Positions 11,501 through 19,675 of a DNA stretch of 64,000 nucleotides are shown here, piece by piece; the first letter of the stretch is position 1; the number at the start of each line of letters is the position of its first letter. Location of the stretch: contig CAMDHZ010000011.1 of NCBI GenBank assembly GCA_945898275.1, positions 31,874 through 95,873 on the forward strand. The letters run 5' to 3'. Source of the DNA: Chitinophaga pinensis (GTDB lineage Bacteria; Bacteroidota; Bacteroidia; UKL13-3). The notes under the pieces are model-generated. The model did no database searches, was not told the DNA's origin, and saw nothing but the letters and a program-made list of their open reading frames with translations. The position numbers and the translations under genes are program-made.

Positions 11501-12309
11501 TAACACCTGGAAGTGGAAATACTTATTTCTGGACTTTTGGAGATGGAACTTCTTCGGTTCAAGCCAACCCAAGAAAAGGATTCCCGGCAGCTGGAAATTA
11601 CATTGTTACTTTAACGTCTGTTGATAATACAGGTTGTATGAGCACCAAATCAATGAATGTAAATATTGATGCTTCTGTAAATGGCCCAAGTGCTGCATTT
11701 AGCACAGATTACCAAGTTCAATGTGTAGATAGTAACAGCTATAATTTCTATAATCAATCTGCTTACTTAGGTGCAGGTTGGATTAACAAATACTATTGGT
11801 ACTTTGGAGATGGTACAATGGATTCAACAAACTCATTCATCTATAACAAAAAATACACAACTGCTGGAAATTATGTTGTGACTTTAGTTGCTGTTGGAGT
11901 TGAAGGATGCAGAGACACCATGAGTATGTTTATTCAAGTTAGACCGCTTCCTTGCACAGGAGTGCTTAAACTTGTAAACTTACAAGATGGAACTAATTGG
12001 CACATAGATCCAGATATGGGTGGCATATTAAGCAGCTTGAAAGAAGTTAATACTGAACCAAACTTTAGCTTATATCCAAATCCTAATACTGGAAGTTTTG
12101 AAATAAATGTAAGCGGATTAAATGCTAGGGTTTATAATTTAGAAATAAGAGACATAGCTGGCAGGTTGCTTTTTGAACAACGAGAAATGCTAAACAATGG
12201 TTCAGAGAAGTCAATTTCTGCTAGTAACCTTTCAGATGGAGCCTATTTGGTTAGGATACTTACCGAAGAAGGACTGATAACAGAAAGAAAGTTTATTGTT
12301 GTAAAATAG
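5539..12309 (+). CDS. giant T9SS-secreted surface adhesin (2256 aa)
   Basis: Signal peptide, then DUF11-like N-terminal repeats and an SdrD B-like segment (GDYVWIDQNGNGLQDEAANKGLNGVKVYLF). Then a run of SprB-type repeats (CxG..DG.I...V.GG..PY.Y.W) and multiple PKD domains (W.FGDG motifs). The C-terminal type-A T9SS sorting domain is ...YPNPNTGSFEIN...GAYLVRILTEEG.... Confidence 0.85.
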   Translation: MKNSIYKYLLLFVVGLFSFLGLEAQYIFTTSASSSVSSVNTGSQITYTFNYSTAANTTSGQNVVAELNLPDNLIPFNESNFNSNVLFAPTQISSITYNSGLNKVTINYVHPLPAGVTGQLELKLKYINGTTPDGYAPDLFTKVTFTNAEGGSPVYSDTLNIIAIASSRFTVSKIKNSGGAINDLTIFKISIGNSSPNAGALQLENPVLRDTLPTGVTFVEATSFSGSNAPTYDPLSRIITWTWSSGLFNTNYSGNAYVAVKYEEPTYQIGWSACNSATLSGDYPILPLGTTDYTQKTGSICFGVESPTPDLVCTGGGITAATASWLNKHVISGTSNNQFANGWSNLGNTELDSVILTYQIDKSVDVTTVKIGKLVDGLARTGRDTVDLFFKTNLNSSWTFQGNHIITADKNVSFTSILGVGEYLTEVKFKIYSQLPIGGSQSLTYNGNVRTSATNAKDGSPITEGTTYNTSNPGDDGTTISNNSQGSYYYGGIGTNFSNCSGTSEILISRPVFNSPSKSILNGSSFRASDTINYRFSVQLGGNMSAQNVVLYDTLDSRLTYIAGSSSIVISGNTIVPTVNGQILIWNLGTVPANGASYTVDFKAAIAPGTAPGSINNKMFMSADAPAIFPRGTNDNESTSVITAVALIAYKAQNGCDPGFVYYPTNAITKEGDILRYRVTVKNQGNVAAKDLTLIDVFPFIGDSRNSQWFANLVGPVILTDPNSTVYYNAVANPCYADFSPAVNPPGCSNPVWTLTPPLNITSVTAIKIVRPSNLTALDSIEFEWPMRVPVGTPANIQMNNTIYYQVSRADMAGTTGRLLPAAPNQVGMITSCAPILGSIGDYVWIDQNGNGLQDEAANKGLNGVKVYLFGTGPDNQIGGGDDVLLDSTFTGNNFAGNPGYYKFVDLADGKYFVKFETKYDTYRLTPISSQNPQTAGNNDADSSGNSGVVTINVAAGGIDKDNPTIDAGYYPINTPVCTVTNNVSCFGNADGNVSVSVSGILPYTYQWNTGPTTTSLTNLPIGSYSVVVNYGYGITRSCTATVAQPAVLASTLTDSNNISCRGGQNGSINISVSGGNVPYGYTWKRNGIDIVNTSQDLTNILPGEYMVTILDNKGCSTSRTVVLTQPLDSVSTVITSSNVSCNGLLDGTISQTVNGGTTPYNFSWTKSGDLLFGSSNEDINTLAAGTYFLEIEDNNGCLLLDTVSITQPTVLSATLDTAIDQACSAIPSGSIEIDVVGGTTPYTYKWTNSSAPGYLQTTQDVYSLYGSNYRGVVTDNNGCRDTVLVTIGSQVVEAEFDADPLNCDGTYELTNNSIGADNYTWLIEGVAPTGFNKRVYCTTTDTLIIMDFNPGEYRITLTVSSNEGCVDSLTKNIIVMPQPIALFAYDPIPCTSGIKFTNLSVNGSITTWNFGDLASGLNNTSTNNNPTHTFSSNGTYNVTLIAGDAAGCKDTIVRAIPVQSVGITPTAGFSHSIQTSACATRVLFNNTSLNANSYLWIFDDGSTSNLANPSKAYPVAGTYPVQLISFSASGCSDTIEHSIVIGSNSYGAIAKFVANDSVQCLTNNRFNFINQSLYYGPGWVSNYQWNFGDGTTNNTNTFVYNKQYDTAGSYQVRLIAISPNGCRDTAYQMVRVLPEADPTFIMTIGCGMVAALEHAVDTNVSYVWSFGDGNFASNHLDSFSHTFTTPGKYNIRLTTYTQNGCSTTYSIGTLASDGRLPEPDFFYYVACANNIQFKNTSEWGSSYIWDFGDGSPADSSYEPYHSYAAAGTYNVTLTVYNSPQCLKSITYAVIAPQGLGVRLPRARLAYWVEPCTNITHARDSASKDATNLNWYLNNTWVANGANVAIPDPGVGIYQLRMIADNGVCADTTYGGFELQEKPVAGFDFLSNTCSNTIMVSSNSKHATSYEWNFDDAGTLTNTSYGASASHTFSANGTYNVRLIAYNLTGCADTLVQTVTVNNGNSLNKANFTYINGLCNCKCQNTVKFNNLTPGSGNTYFWTFGDGTSSVQANPRKGFPAAGNYIVTLTSVDNTGCMSTKSMNVNIDASVNGPSAAFSTDYQVQCVDSNSYNFYNQSAYLGAGWINKYYWYFGDGTMDSTNSFIYNKKYTTAGNYVVTLVAVGVEGCRDTMSMFIQVRPLPCTGVLKLVNLQDGTNWHIDPDMGGILSSLKEVNTEPNFSLYPNPNTGSFEINVSGLNARVYNLEIRDIAGRLLFEQREMLNNGSEKSISASNLSDGAYLVRILTEEGLITERKFIVVK
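8490..9360 (+). repeat. array of about 7 SprB-type ~80-aa repeats inside the adhesin
   Basis: Recurrent C(F/N/R)G..(D/N)G.I...V.GG..PY.(Y/F).W spacing in the translated sequence. Confidence 0.5.
10170..11945 (+). repeat. duplicated PKD-domain modules inside the adhesin
   Basis: Protein-level duplication: QCLTNNRFNFINQSLYYGPGWVSNYQWNFGDGTTNNTNTFVYNKQYDTAGSYQVRLIAISPNGCRDTAY versus QCVDSNSYNFYNQSAYLGAGWINKYYWYFGDGTMDSTNSFIYNKKYTTAGNYVVTLVAVGVEGCRDTMS, with further W.FGDG copies between them. Confidence 0.6.
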
Positions 12310-12329
12310 ATTTATTGGATTAAACAAAA

Positions 12330-12366
12330 AAAGCCGCCTCAAGCTTGCTTGAGGTGGCTTTTTCTA
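12330..12366 (+). terminator. rho-independent terminator after the adhesin gene
   Basis: AGCCGCCTCAAGC-ttg-CTTGAGGTGGCT hairpin followed by TTTTTC. Confidence 0.7.
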
Positions 12367-12459
12367 TTTAGCGAGTTATTCAGTTGAAAGACTTCCATCA
12401 TAGACTATTGGCGCATGAGATAAAATAATTACCTTCGCAGCACTAAGCACTAGTTTTAA

Positions 12460-13128
12460 ATGATGAAAATACAATGGTGGAAACTTGCCGGAATTTTGCT
12501 GGTACTATACGCCTTAATTGGTGGTTTGGCACTTCCTGTTCCGCAATTGCCTATTTTAGAACAAAGTATTCGTAATTTGTATTACCATGTACCTATGTGG
12601 TTTGGCATGCTAGCCTTGTTAATGGCTTCTGGTTTTTACAGTGTTAAAACGCTAAAAGATGGAAATTTCCAAAACGATATAAAAGCATCTTCTTATGCTG
12701 CAATTGCAGTATTGTATGGAAGTATTGGATTAACAACTGGGATGATTTGGGCCAGAAATACCTGGGGTGTTTATTGGACAAATGACCCAAAATTAAATAG
12801 TGCCGCAATTGGAATGCTCATGTATGCTGCCTATTTTGTGCTAAGAGGCTCTGTGGAAGATGAAGAAAAAAGAGCTAGAATTAGCGCTGTTTACAACCTT
12901 TTTGTGTTGCCAGTATATATCGTATTAATATATATTATGCCGCGTTTAACTGCATCACTTCATCCTGGAAATGGTGGAAACCCAGGCTTTAATAGTTATG
13001 ATTTAGATAGTAGGCTGAGAATGGTTTTTTATCCTGCTGTTTTAGGTTGGATTTTTATAGGGTTTTGGATTGCCGACCTTCAAATAAGAATTAAACAAAT
13101 TGATTTTAAAAAACGTTTAAACGATTAG
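12460..13128 (+). CDS. ccmC: cytochrome c-type biogenesis protein CcmC (heme exporter protein C)
   Basis: Polytopic membrane protein with the tryptophan-rich WWD motif (WARNTWGVYWTNDPKL). Confidence 0.8.
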   Translation: MMKIQWWKLAGILLVLYALIGGLALPVPQLPILEQSIRNLYYHVPMWFGMLALLMASGFYSVKTLKDGNFQNDIKASSYAAIAVLYGSIGLTTGMIWARNTWGVYWTNDPKLNSAAIGMLMYAAYFVLRGSVEDEEKRARISAVYNLFVLPVYIVLIYIMPRLTASLHPGNGGNPGFNSYDLDSRLRMVFYPAVLGWIFIGFWIADLQIRIKQIDFKKRLND

Positions 13129-13129
13129 T

Positions 13130-13294
13130 ATGAAATTTATAATAAATCAAGTTCAACAACATAGTAGCAGTATGCCAGATGCTTCTGGAACAGGAAAATT
13201 TTATGTAGTCATAGGGGTAATCGCCATTTTGTTTATTGGAATTGCAGCTTATTTAGTGAGCCTAGACTTTAAAATTAAAAAACTTGAAAAATGA
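13130..13294 (+). CDS. CcmD-like small membrane protein (54 aa, not in the ORF track)
   Basis: ATG at 13130 starts 2 nt after the ccmC stop. It encodes MKFIINQVQQHSSSMPDASGTGKFYVVIGVIAILFIGIAAYLVSLDFKIKKLEK with a single TM helix. Its stop overlaps the ccmE start (ATGA). Position and size match ccmD. Confidence 0.45.
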   Translation: MKFIINQVQQHSSSMPDASGTGKFYVVIGVIAILFIGIAAYLVSLDFKIKKLEK

Positions 13295-13674
13295 AAAAAT
13301 CTAGCATCATAGGATTAATCATTATAGCCATTGCCATTGCAGCAATTGTTAGCATGTACGGCGATTCTAGCACATACGAAGACTTTTCAGTCGCAAAAGA
13401 TAATCCAGGAAAGGAATATCATGTAGTTGGAACGCTTAATAAGACTAAAGAAAAGTACTACAACCCACAAAAAGATGCCAATTACTTTACTTTTTATTTA
13501 ATCGATCAAAAAGGTGCTGAATGTAAAGTGGTGTACCACAACCCAGAACCACCTGATTTTGATAGGTCTGAGCAAATTGTAATTGTAGGCAGCATGGAAG
13601 GACAAAATTTTGAAGCGAGCAAAATCTTGTTAAAATGTCCAAGCAAATACACAGATAATCAGGTTAAAACCTAA
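13291..13674 (+). CDS. ccmE: cytochrome c-type biogenesis heme chaperone CcmE, CxxxY variant
   Basis: N-terminal TM anchor and OB-fold-sized domain. The C-terminal KCPSKY has a CxxxY motif in place of the canonical HxxxY heme-binding motif. Confidence 0.75.
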   Translation: MKKSSIIGLIIIAIAIAAIVSMYGDSSTYEDFSVAKDNPGKEYHVVGTLNKTKEKYYNPQKDANYFTFYLIDQKGAECKVVYHNPEPPDFDRSEQIVIVGSMEGQNFEASKILLKCPSKYTDNQVKT

Positions 13675-13823
13675 ATAGTAAAGGTTTCGGTTTGAACCAA
13701 TCCTGATTACTTTCCAATTTTTACAAGAAATGACTTTTGTTTGACAGCTTAGCTGGTATTTTTACTTTATTTCCTTTTTGGTTACGGATTACATGTTCTA
13801 ATTTCGTAACCCAATTTTAATAC

Positions 13824-16211
13824 ATGGATTCAATTCAATTTGTAGGTGAAAACCTATTCTGGGGTAACCTTGGTCATACAGCAGTTGTTGTTTCATTTGT
13901 AACATCAATACTTGCTACGCTTTCTTATTTTTTTGCAGAGCGCAATCCTTTAGATGGCTCATGGGCTAAGATTGCTAAGGCTAGTTTTCAATTGCACAGT
14001 CTATCGGTACTCACAATTATTGGTTCTCTGTTCTATATCATTTACGCCCATCTATTCGAATACCATTATGCATGGCAACACAGTAGCCGAGACCTCCCAG
14101 TTTATTACATGATTTCCTGCTTTTGGGAAGGTCAAGAGGGGAGTTTCTTACTTTGGATATTCTGGCAAATGTTTATTGGTCAGATTTTAGTTAGGACCTC
14201 AAAAACTTGGTTATTTCCTGTAATGGCCGTTTTAATGCTCTCTCAAATTGCCTTAACAAGTATGCTTTTAGGGGTAAAGATTTTGGGTTACAAATTAGGT
14301 AGTAGTCCTTTTGAATTACTTAGAAACGCCATGGATGCACCCATCTTTAAAAGGGCAGATTACTTAAGCAAGGTAAAGGATGGTAATGGACTTAATCCTT
14401 TACTTCAAAACTATTGGATGGTAATTCATCCTCCAACATTGTTTTTTGGGTTTGCCACTACCATTGTTCCTTTTGCCTACGCGATTGCTGGATTATGGCG
14501 CAAAGAATATGCGGCTTGGCTCAAACCAGCACTGCCTTGGGCTTTAATTAGTGTGATGGTGCTGGGTGCAGGTATTATTATGGGCGGTTTTTGGGCTTAT
14601 GAGAGTTTAAGTTTTGGAGGCTATTGGGCTTGGGACCCTGTTGAAAACGCTTCTTTAGTGCCTTGGCTTATCCTAATTGCTGGTGTTCATGTGATGATTA
14701 TTCATAAAACCACTGGAAATTCTTTTATAGTAGCATTAATTCTTATCCTAGCAACCTTTCTTTTGGTGTTATATGCAACCTTCCTAACCCGTTCTGGTAT
14801 TCTTGGAAATGCTTCTGTGCACTCATTTACCGACCTAGGAATGAGTGGTCAATTGTTGGTTTTTCTTTTTATGTTTATCCTTTTATCTATTTATTTGATT
14901 ATAATTAGATGGAAAGAATTACCACGCTCTGCCAAAGATGAAGAGATTTATACCCGTGAATTTTGGATGTTTATTGGAAGTTTACTGTTGGTAATTTCTG
15001 CCTTTCAGGTAATTTTAACTACTTCTATTCCTGTTTTTAATAAGATATTTTCTGCTAACATGGCGCCACCTGCCGATGTAATTGGCCATTATAATAAATG
15101 GCAAATGCCAATAGCCATCTTAATTGGTACTTTAACCTCCATCGCACATTTACTTAAATACAAACTGAATAAAAAAGAAACCTTAAAGAAAATTGGAATC
15201 TATGCTGCGATTTCTTTAGTCGTTACAGTAATTTTATTCTTTGGGTTCAAACTAAATAATTATGTTTTTATAGGTTTATTGTTTGCTGGAGTTTTTGCAG
15301 TCATTGGAAATTTTGCAATTCTATTGCCTTTTCTGCGAGGTAAAATTCAATTAGCTGGTGCTAGTGTTGCACATATTGGGTTTGGTGTATTATTAATTGG
15401 TGTTTTAGTTTCTTCTGCCAACAAAGAAGTTATTTCAATTAATGAAAGTGGAGAAGCCTTGAACCCAGATTTTAATAACAAAGAAAATGTTGAGAATATC
15501 TTTCTTGAACGAGGTAAGCCCAACAAAATGGGTGATTATATCATTACCTATGTTAAAGATTCTCTTCATTGGGTTAATACTTATTATCAAGTAAATTACA
15601 AGAAATTGGTTAAAAATGGGGAACTCGATTATGAGTTTAACCTTTATCCAAATGGACAAATCAACCCTAAGTTTGGATTGGTGGCAAACCCCGATACCAA
15701 ACACTATTTAAGTCATGATGTATTTACTTATGTGAGCTCTGTTCCCAATGGAAAATCAGAAGCCAAATTTATCAATGAGAAAATTCATGTGGTTGAAGCA
15801 GGAGATACCCTATATACAAATAATGGATATGCCATTTTGCAAGGTATCAATTCTAATACTGGCGCTGAAAATGTAGATTTGAAAAATTTTCAGGTTTTAC
15901 TAGGAGCCGAACTTAAGATTTATACCCTAAACGAAACCTATGATGCCATGCCAATGTATGGCGTTGAAAATAATTCTGCTGTTAGTTTTGAAGCCCTAGT
16001 GGATGAGGCAAAGCTCAAATTTAGATTTACAGGTGTAGATCCTGAAACTAGAAAAGTAACCATTAGAAGCTACGAAAAAGATACTTCTGGCGAGTTTATC
16101 ATCATGAAAGCCATTGTTTTTCCATGGATAAATTTGGTTTGGGCAGGAACCATCATTATGATTGTTGGCTTCTTTTTATCAATATTGAAAAGGATTAAAG
16201 ACCTAAAGTAA
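13824..16211 (+). CDS. ccmF: cytochrome c-type biogenesis protein CcmF (heme lyase subunit) with a ~250-aa C-terminal extension
   Basis: Many TM helices, WWD motif (FGGYWAWDPVENASLVPWL) and conserved His residues. It is 795 aa versus about 650 typical. Confidence 0.9.
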   Translation: MDSIQFVGENLFWGNLGHTAVVVSFVTSILATLSYFFAERNPLDGSWAKIAKASFQLHSLSVLTIIGSLFYIIYAHLFEYHYAWQHSSRDLPVYYMISCFWEGQEGSFLLWIFWQMFIGQILVRTSKTWLFPVMAVLMLSQIALTSMLLGVKILGYKLGSSPFELLRNAMDAPIFKRADYLSKVKDGNGLNPLLQNYWMVIHPPTLFFGFATTIVPFAYAIAGLWRKEYAAWLKPALPWALISVMVLGAGIIMGGFWAYESLSFGGYWAWDPVENASLVPWLILIAGVHVMIIHKTTGNSFIVALILILATFLLVLYATFLTRSGILGNASVHSFTDLGMSGQLLVFLFMFILLSIYLIIIRWKELPRSAKDEEIYTREFWMFIGSLLLVISAFQVILTTSIPVFNKIFSANMAPPADVIGHYNKWQMPIAILIGTLTSIAHLLKYKLNKKETLKKIGIYAAISLVVTVILFFGFKLNNYVFIGLLFAGVFAVIGNFAILLPFLRGKIQLAGASVAHIGFGVLLIGVLVSSANKEVISINESGEALNPDFNNKENVENIFLERGKPNKMGDYIITYVKDSLHWVNTYYQVNYKKLVKNGELDYEFNLYPNGQINPKFGLVANPDTKHYLSHDVFTYVSSVPNGKSEAKFINEKIHVVEAGDTLYTNNGYAILQGINSNTGAENVDLKNFQVLLGAELKIYTLNETYDAMPMYGVENNSAVSFEALVDEAKLKFRFTGVDPETRKVTIRSYEKDTSGEFIIMKAIVFPWINLVWAGTIIMIVGFFLSILKRIKDLK

Positions 16212-16219
16212 ACAATTTT

Positions 16220-18823
16220 ATGGATATACGTAGTAAGACATTTTTTAATTTGAAACTACGTTTACCATACGCTTTAATAGCCTTTACATTCTTTTTATTT
16301 TCTTTTGAAGCCATTGCCCAAGGAATAAAGGGATTTGTGGTGAACTCAAAAGGAGAGCCAATTCCGTATGTTAGTATTTACGCTCAACCCACTAAACGTG
16401 GCGCAAATTCAAATATTGATGGGAGTTTTTTGTTGAACCTATCCGCTGGCACTTATGAAATTAGTTTTAGTAGCATCGATTATAAACCTAAAGTTTTAAA
16501 AGTAGAGGTAACTGATAAATTGCTAGAATTAAAGGTTGTCCTTGAAGAGCAGAGCTACCAATTAAAAGAGGTTAAGGTTCAGGTGACTAATATAGACCCT
16601 GCTGTTTATATTATGAGGAAAGCCATTGGTGCCGCTCCTTATTATAGACGACAAGTTTTAAAATATGCTGCTAAGGTTTACATCAAAGGTTCTGGAAGTA
16701 TAGATTATGTACCAAAGCTTTTAAAAGGCATGGTTGAGGAATCTTCTGAAATGAAGGTAGGTAAAACATATGTAACCGAAAGCATCAATGAAGTTCAATT
16801 TTTTCAGCCCAATACCTATCGAGAAAAGGTGCTTTCTATGCAAAGCACTATGCCCTTTAAAGAGGGACCAGAACCCATGAGAATGGTTCGAGGAAACATT
16901 TATAATACAGATTATACAGGCGTTATTTCACCTCTTTCTTCTCAAGCTTTTTCGGTGTATAATTTTTTTCTAGAAGGTTCTTTTTATGAAAATGGAAGGG
17001 AAATAAATAAGATTAGGATTGAACCTAAACGAAAAGGTGCTGACATGTATTCTGGCTATCTCTATGTAATTGAAAAGCTTTGGTGTTTGCATAGCTGTGT
17101 GTTGAATAATTTATCAAATGGCGTGAACAGCTCTGTTAAAATTACCTTTAGTCAATTGGCCGAGCAGCCATTAGTTTGGCTGCCAACTACCTATGATTTA
17201 AGTTTCAAAGGAAATTTCTTGGGAATTAAAGGTGGATTTAGATACTTAGGGGCAGTAAGTAACTATAAGGTTACCCTCAATCCAAATCTTAGCCATGAAT
17301 GGTTGAAAGTTGCTTCCAAAGAAGCACTTGAATTAAAAATTGCCAGAGAAACAATTTCTGTTAAATCTAAAAATCAAGTAAAAATTGAAGCATTAGCTGC
17401 CAAAGAAAATCTCAATAAAAGAGAAATGCTGCAATTGGCTTCGCGTTTGAAAAGAGAATCAGAAAAAAGTTTAAATGCCAAGGTATTAGTGTATGATAGT
17501 ACTGAGTTAATAATAGATACCTTAGCATTTAACAAGGACAGCATCTTTTGGGTAGAAAATAGACCTGTACCTCTAATGGTTTCAGAACAAAGTAGTTTTT
17601 TGCAAAAAGATTCCTTATTAAAAACTATTCAAGATTCTTTTCCAAAACCTAAAATAAACAATACTAAATTTAATGTTTTTACTTACCTATTGAATGGAGA
17701 CAGCATCAATTTTAAGTCAAAACATTATTTGTGTTTAAGCAGTCCATTAATAGGTTTAAGGTTAAACTCAGTTAATGGAATTTTTGTAAATACCTATTTT
17801 AGTGTTGGCACAAGTAAAATTCCTCGAGCATGGCGCTATGTGCAAACTTTCCATGTTCCATTGCAACGAAACTTGGTTCAAACCAAAGCAGAATTTCATT
17901 GGCTATTTAAGCCTTATAAACTTGGCCAATTAAACTTATCCGCAGGTATTGTTTTGCAAGATTATAACAAAAATGGAATTACTCCTTTAGAAGATATTTT
18001 TCAATTGATTGTTTTAGGAAACAACTATTCTAAATGGTACATGAATGAATTTGTTGAAGGGTCTATAAATTATGAGGTGTCCAATGGTTTGAACTTAAAA
18101 ATGCATCTAGGCTATTTTCATAGATATGGTTTAGAAAATCAAACTTATTTCAAGGATAAAGAAAGTGCAAAGCCATATCAACCTAACCGCTTACCTGCAA
18201 ATGAAACCTTAGCCAACCATGAAAGTTATCAATTCGGAATAGGATTAGCATACAGGCCATATCAGCTGTATAGGTTCAAACAGAACAAAAAAGAATACCT
18301 AAAAAGCAAGTGGCCCTTGATTCAAGTAAAATACCAAATTGGGGCCGACAAAATATTACAGTTTCAACAGTTGGATTTTCAATTGAGTCAGCTTTTTAGT
18401 CCGCGCCATTGGGTAGAAATCCAATATAAAATGCAAGCAGGGTATTTTTTATCGAATAGGGGTTTATTTCGGCCCGACAAACAATATTTTGCTGGCAATT
18501 TATCGACAATCACGCAAGGGAATTATAAGGAACGGTTTCAAGATTTGCCTTATTATTTGCAAGCATCATCCCAGCAATATATTTCCTTTCACAGTAATTA
18601 TGCCTTTAAGCGCTTGCTTATAAAGCGATTGCCTTATCTTAACCTTAGCAATTTTAAGGAAGCTATTTACTTTAATGCACTTCAGTCAGATAAGCAAACT
18701 TTGTTTTATGAGGTAGGCTATCGAATTACAGAGGTGTTTAGGTTTTTTAGTTTTGGTTTGAACCAAACATTTTATGAAGGAAAGCCCAAGAGTTTAACAC
18801 TTAGGGCAAACATCAATTTCTAA
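16220..18823 (+). CDS. large outer-membrane-associated protein with N-terminal carboxypeptidase-regulatory-like domain (DUF5686-like)
   Basis: Signal peptide; GIKGFVVNSKGEPIPYVSIY...GSFLL...GTYEISFSSIDYKP is a CarbopepD_reg-like beta-sandwich. The large beta-rich remainder is typical of a conserved Bacteroidota family. Confidence 0.5.
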   Translation: MDIRSKTFFNLKLRLPYALIAFTFFLFSFEAIAQGIKGFVVNSKGEPIPYVSIYAQPTKRGANSNIDGSFLLNLSAGTYEISFSSIDYKPKVLKVEVTDKLLELKVVLEEQSYQLKEVKVQVTNIDPAVYIMRKAIGAAPYYRRQVLKYAAKVYIKGSGSIDYVPKLLKGMVEESSEMKVGKTYVTESINEVQFFQPNTYREKVLSMQSTMPFKEGPEPMRMVRGNIYNTDYTGVISPLSSQAFSVYNFFLEGSFYENGREINKIRIEPKRKGADMYSGYLYVIEKLWCLHSCVLNNLSNGVNSSVKITFSQLAEQPLVWLPTTYDLSFKGNFLGIKGGFRYLGAVSNYKVTLNPNLSHEWLKVASKEALELKIARETISVKSKNQVKIEALAAKENLNKREMLQLASRLKRESEKSLNAKVLVYDSTELIIDTLAFNKDSIFWVENRPVPLMVSEQSSFLQKDSLLKTIQDSFPKPKINNTKFNVFTYLLNGDSINFKSKHYLCLSSPLIGLRLNSVNGIFVNTYFSVGTSKIPRAWRYVQTFHVPLQRNLVQTKAEFHWLFKPYKLGQLNLSAGIVLQDYNKNGITPLEDIFQLIVLGNNYSKWYMNEFVEGSINYEVSNGLNLKMHLGYFHRYGLENQTYFKDKESAKPYQPNRLPANETLANHESYQFGIGLAYRPYQLYRFKQNKKEYLKSKWPLIQVKYQIGADKILQFQQLDFQLSQLFSPRHWVEIQYKMQAGYFLSNRGLFRPDKQYFAGNLSTITQGNYKERFQDLPYYLQASSQQYISFHSNYAFKRLLIKRLPYLNLSNFKEAIYFNALQSDKQTLFYEVGYRITEVFRFFSFGLNQTFYEGKPKSLTLRANINF

Positions 18824-19660
18824 TTAATTCGGCAAACTGTTTTTGAATTCTTGGTAACGTTGCGTGAATAATTCGTCATCTCCGCCACTTCCAAGACATT
18901 TCCAAGTAGCTTCAATATTTTCAACTCGGTTATCAGGATTAGGATGGGTGCTAATAAATTCGGGAGGAGAACTTTCACCACCAATTTTTTGGAAAAAGAA
19001 TTTTGCGCCTTGTGGGTCATATTCTGTTCCGTACAAATACCTAACACTATAATCATCGGCTTCTGTTTCATCTGTTCTGCTGAATTTAAGCGATAGAAGC
19101 TGGGCTCCAAGTTGAGCTAATTGGTTAGGGTCACCATTACTTAAAATTTCTAATAACAATTGAACACCAGTTTGCTTTAACATTTGATTTGCGCTATGTC
19201 TTCTGTCTGCATGCGCAATTTCATGGCCCATAACACCTGCAAATTGGGTTTCATTATCTAGAAACTTAATTAAGCCTGTGTACACATAAATATAACCGCC
19301 AGGCGTGCAAAATGCATTTAGTGTTTTATCGTCTTTAATGATTCTAATTCTCCAAGGAAACTCATCTTTGTAATAAACCTTTCCTGAATTTAAGATGTTA
19401 TTTCTAATTCTATAAATGTGTCCATAGGCCACAGAATTGGTGGCAGAATCTAAAATTGGGAAATTAGTTGGATCACTTTCAATTTGATTGACAGCCGTAA
19501 GTCCGAGTTGTTTATCCTGGTTGATACTCATAAGAATGCCAACTGCTCCTCCAGGAGCCTTACCACCACAAGGGTCTTCAAAGGATGCATCTTTATCGCT
19601 TTTGCAAGCAGATAGAATTAATAAAGATACTGTTATGCAAAAAAAGATGTATTTCTTCAT
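18824..19660 (-). CDS. M48-family zinc metallopeptidase lipoprotein
   Basis: Lipoprotein signal (LLILSAC) and HEIAHADRRH (HExxH) zinc motif. Its stop codon abuts the stop of the convergent 16220-18823 gene. Confidence 0.75.
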   Translation of the reverse strand: MKKYIFFCITVSLLILSACKSDKDASFEDPCGGKAPGGAVGILMSINQDKQLGLTAVNQIESDPTNFPILDSATNSVAYGHIYRIRNNILNSGKVYYKDEFPWRIRIIKDDKTLNAFCTPGGYIYVYTGLIKFLDNETQFAGVMGHEIAHADRRHSANQMLKQTGVQLLLEILSNGDPNQLAQLGAQLLSLKFSRTDETEADDYSVRYLYGTEYDPQGAKFFFQKIGGESSPPEFISTHPNPDNRVENIEATWKCLGSGGDDELFTQRYQEFKNSLPN

Positions 19661-19675
19661 GTTGGCAAATATCGA

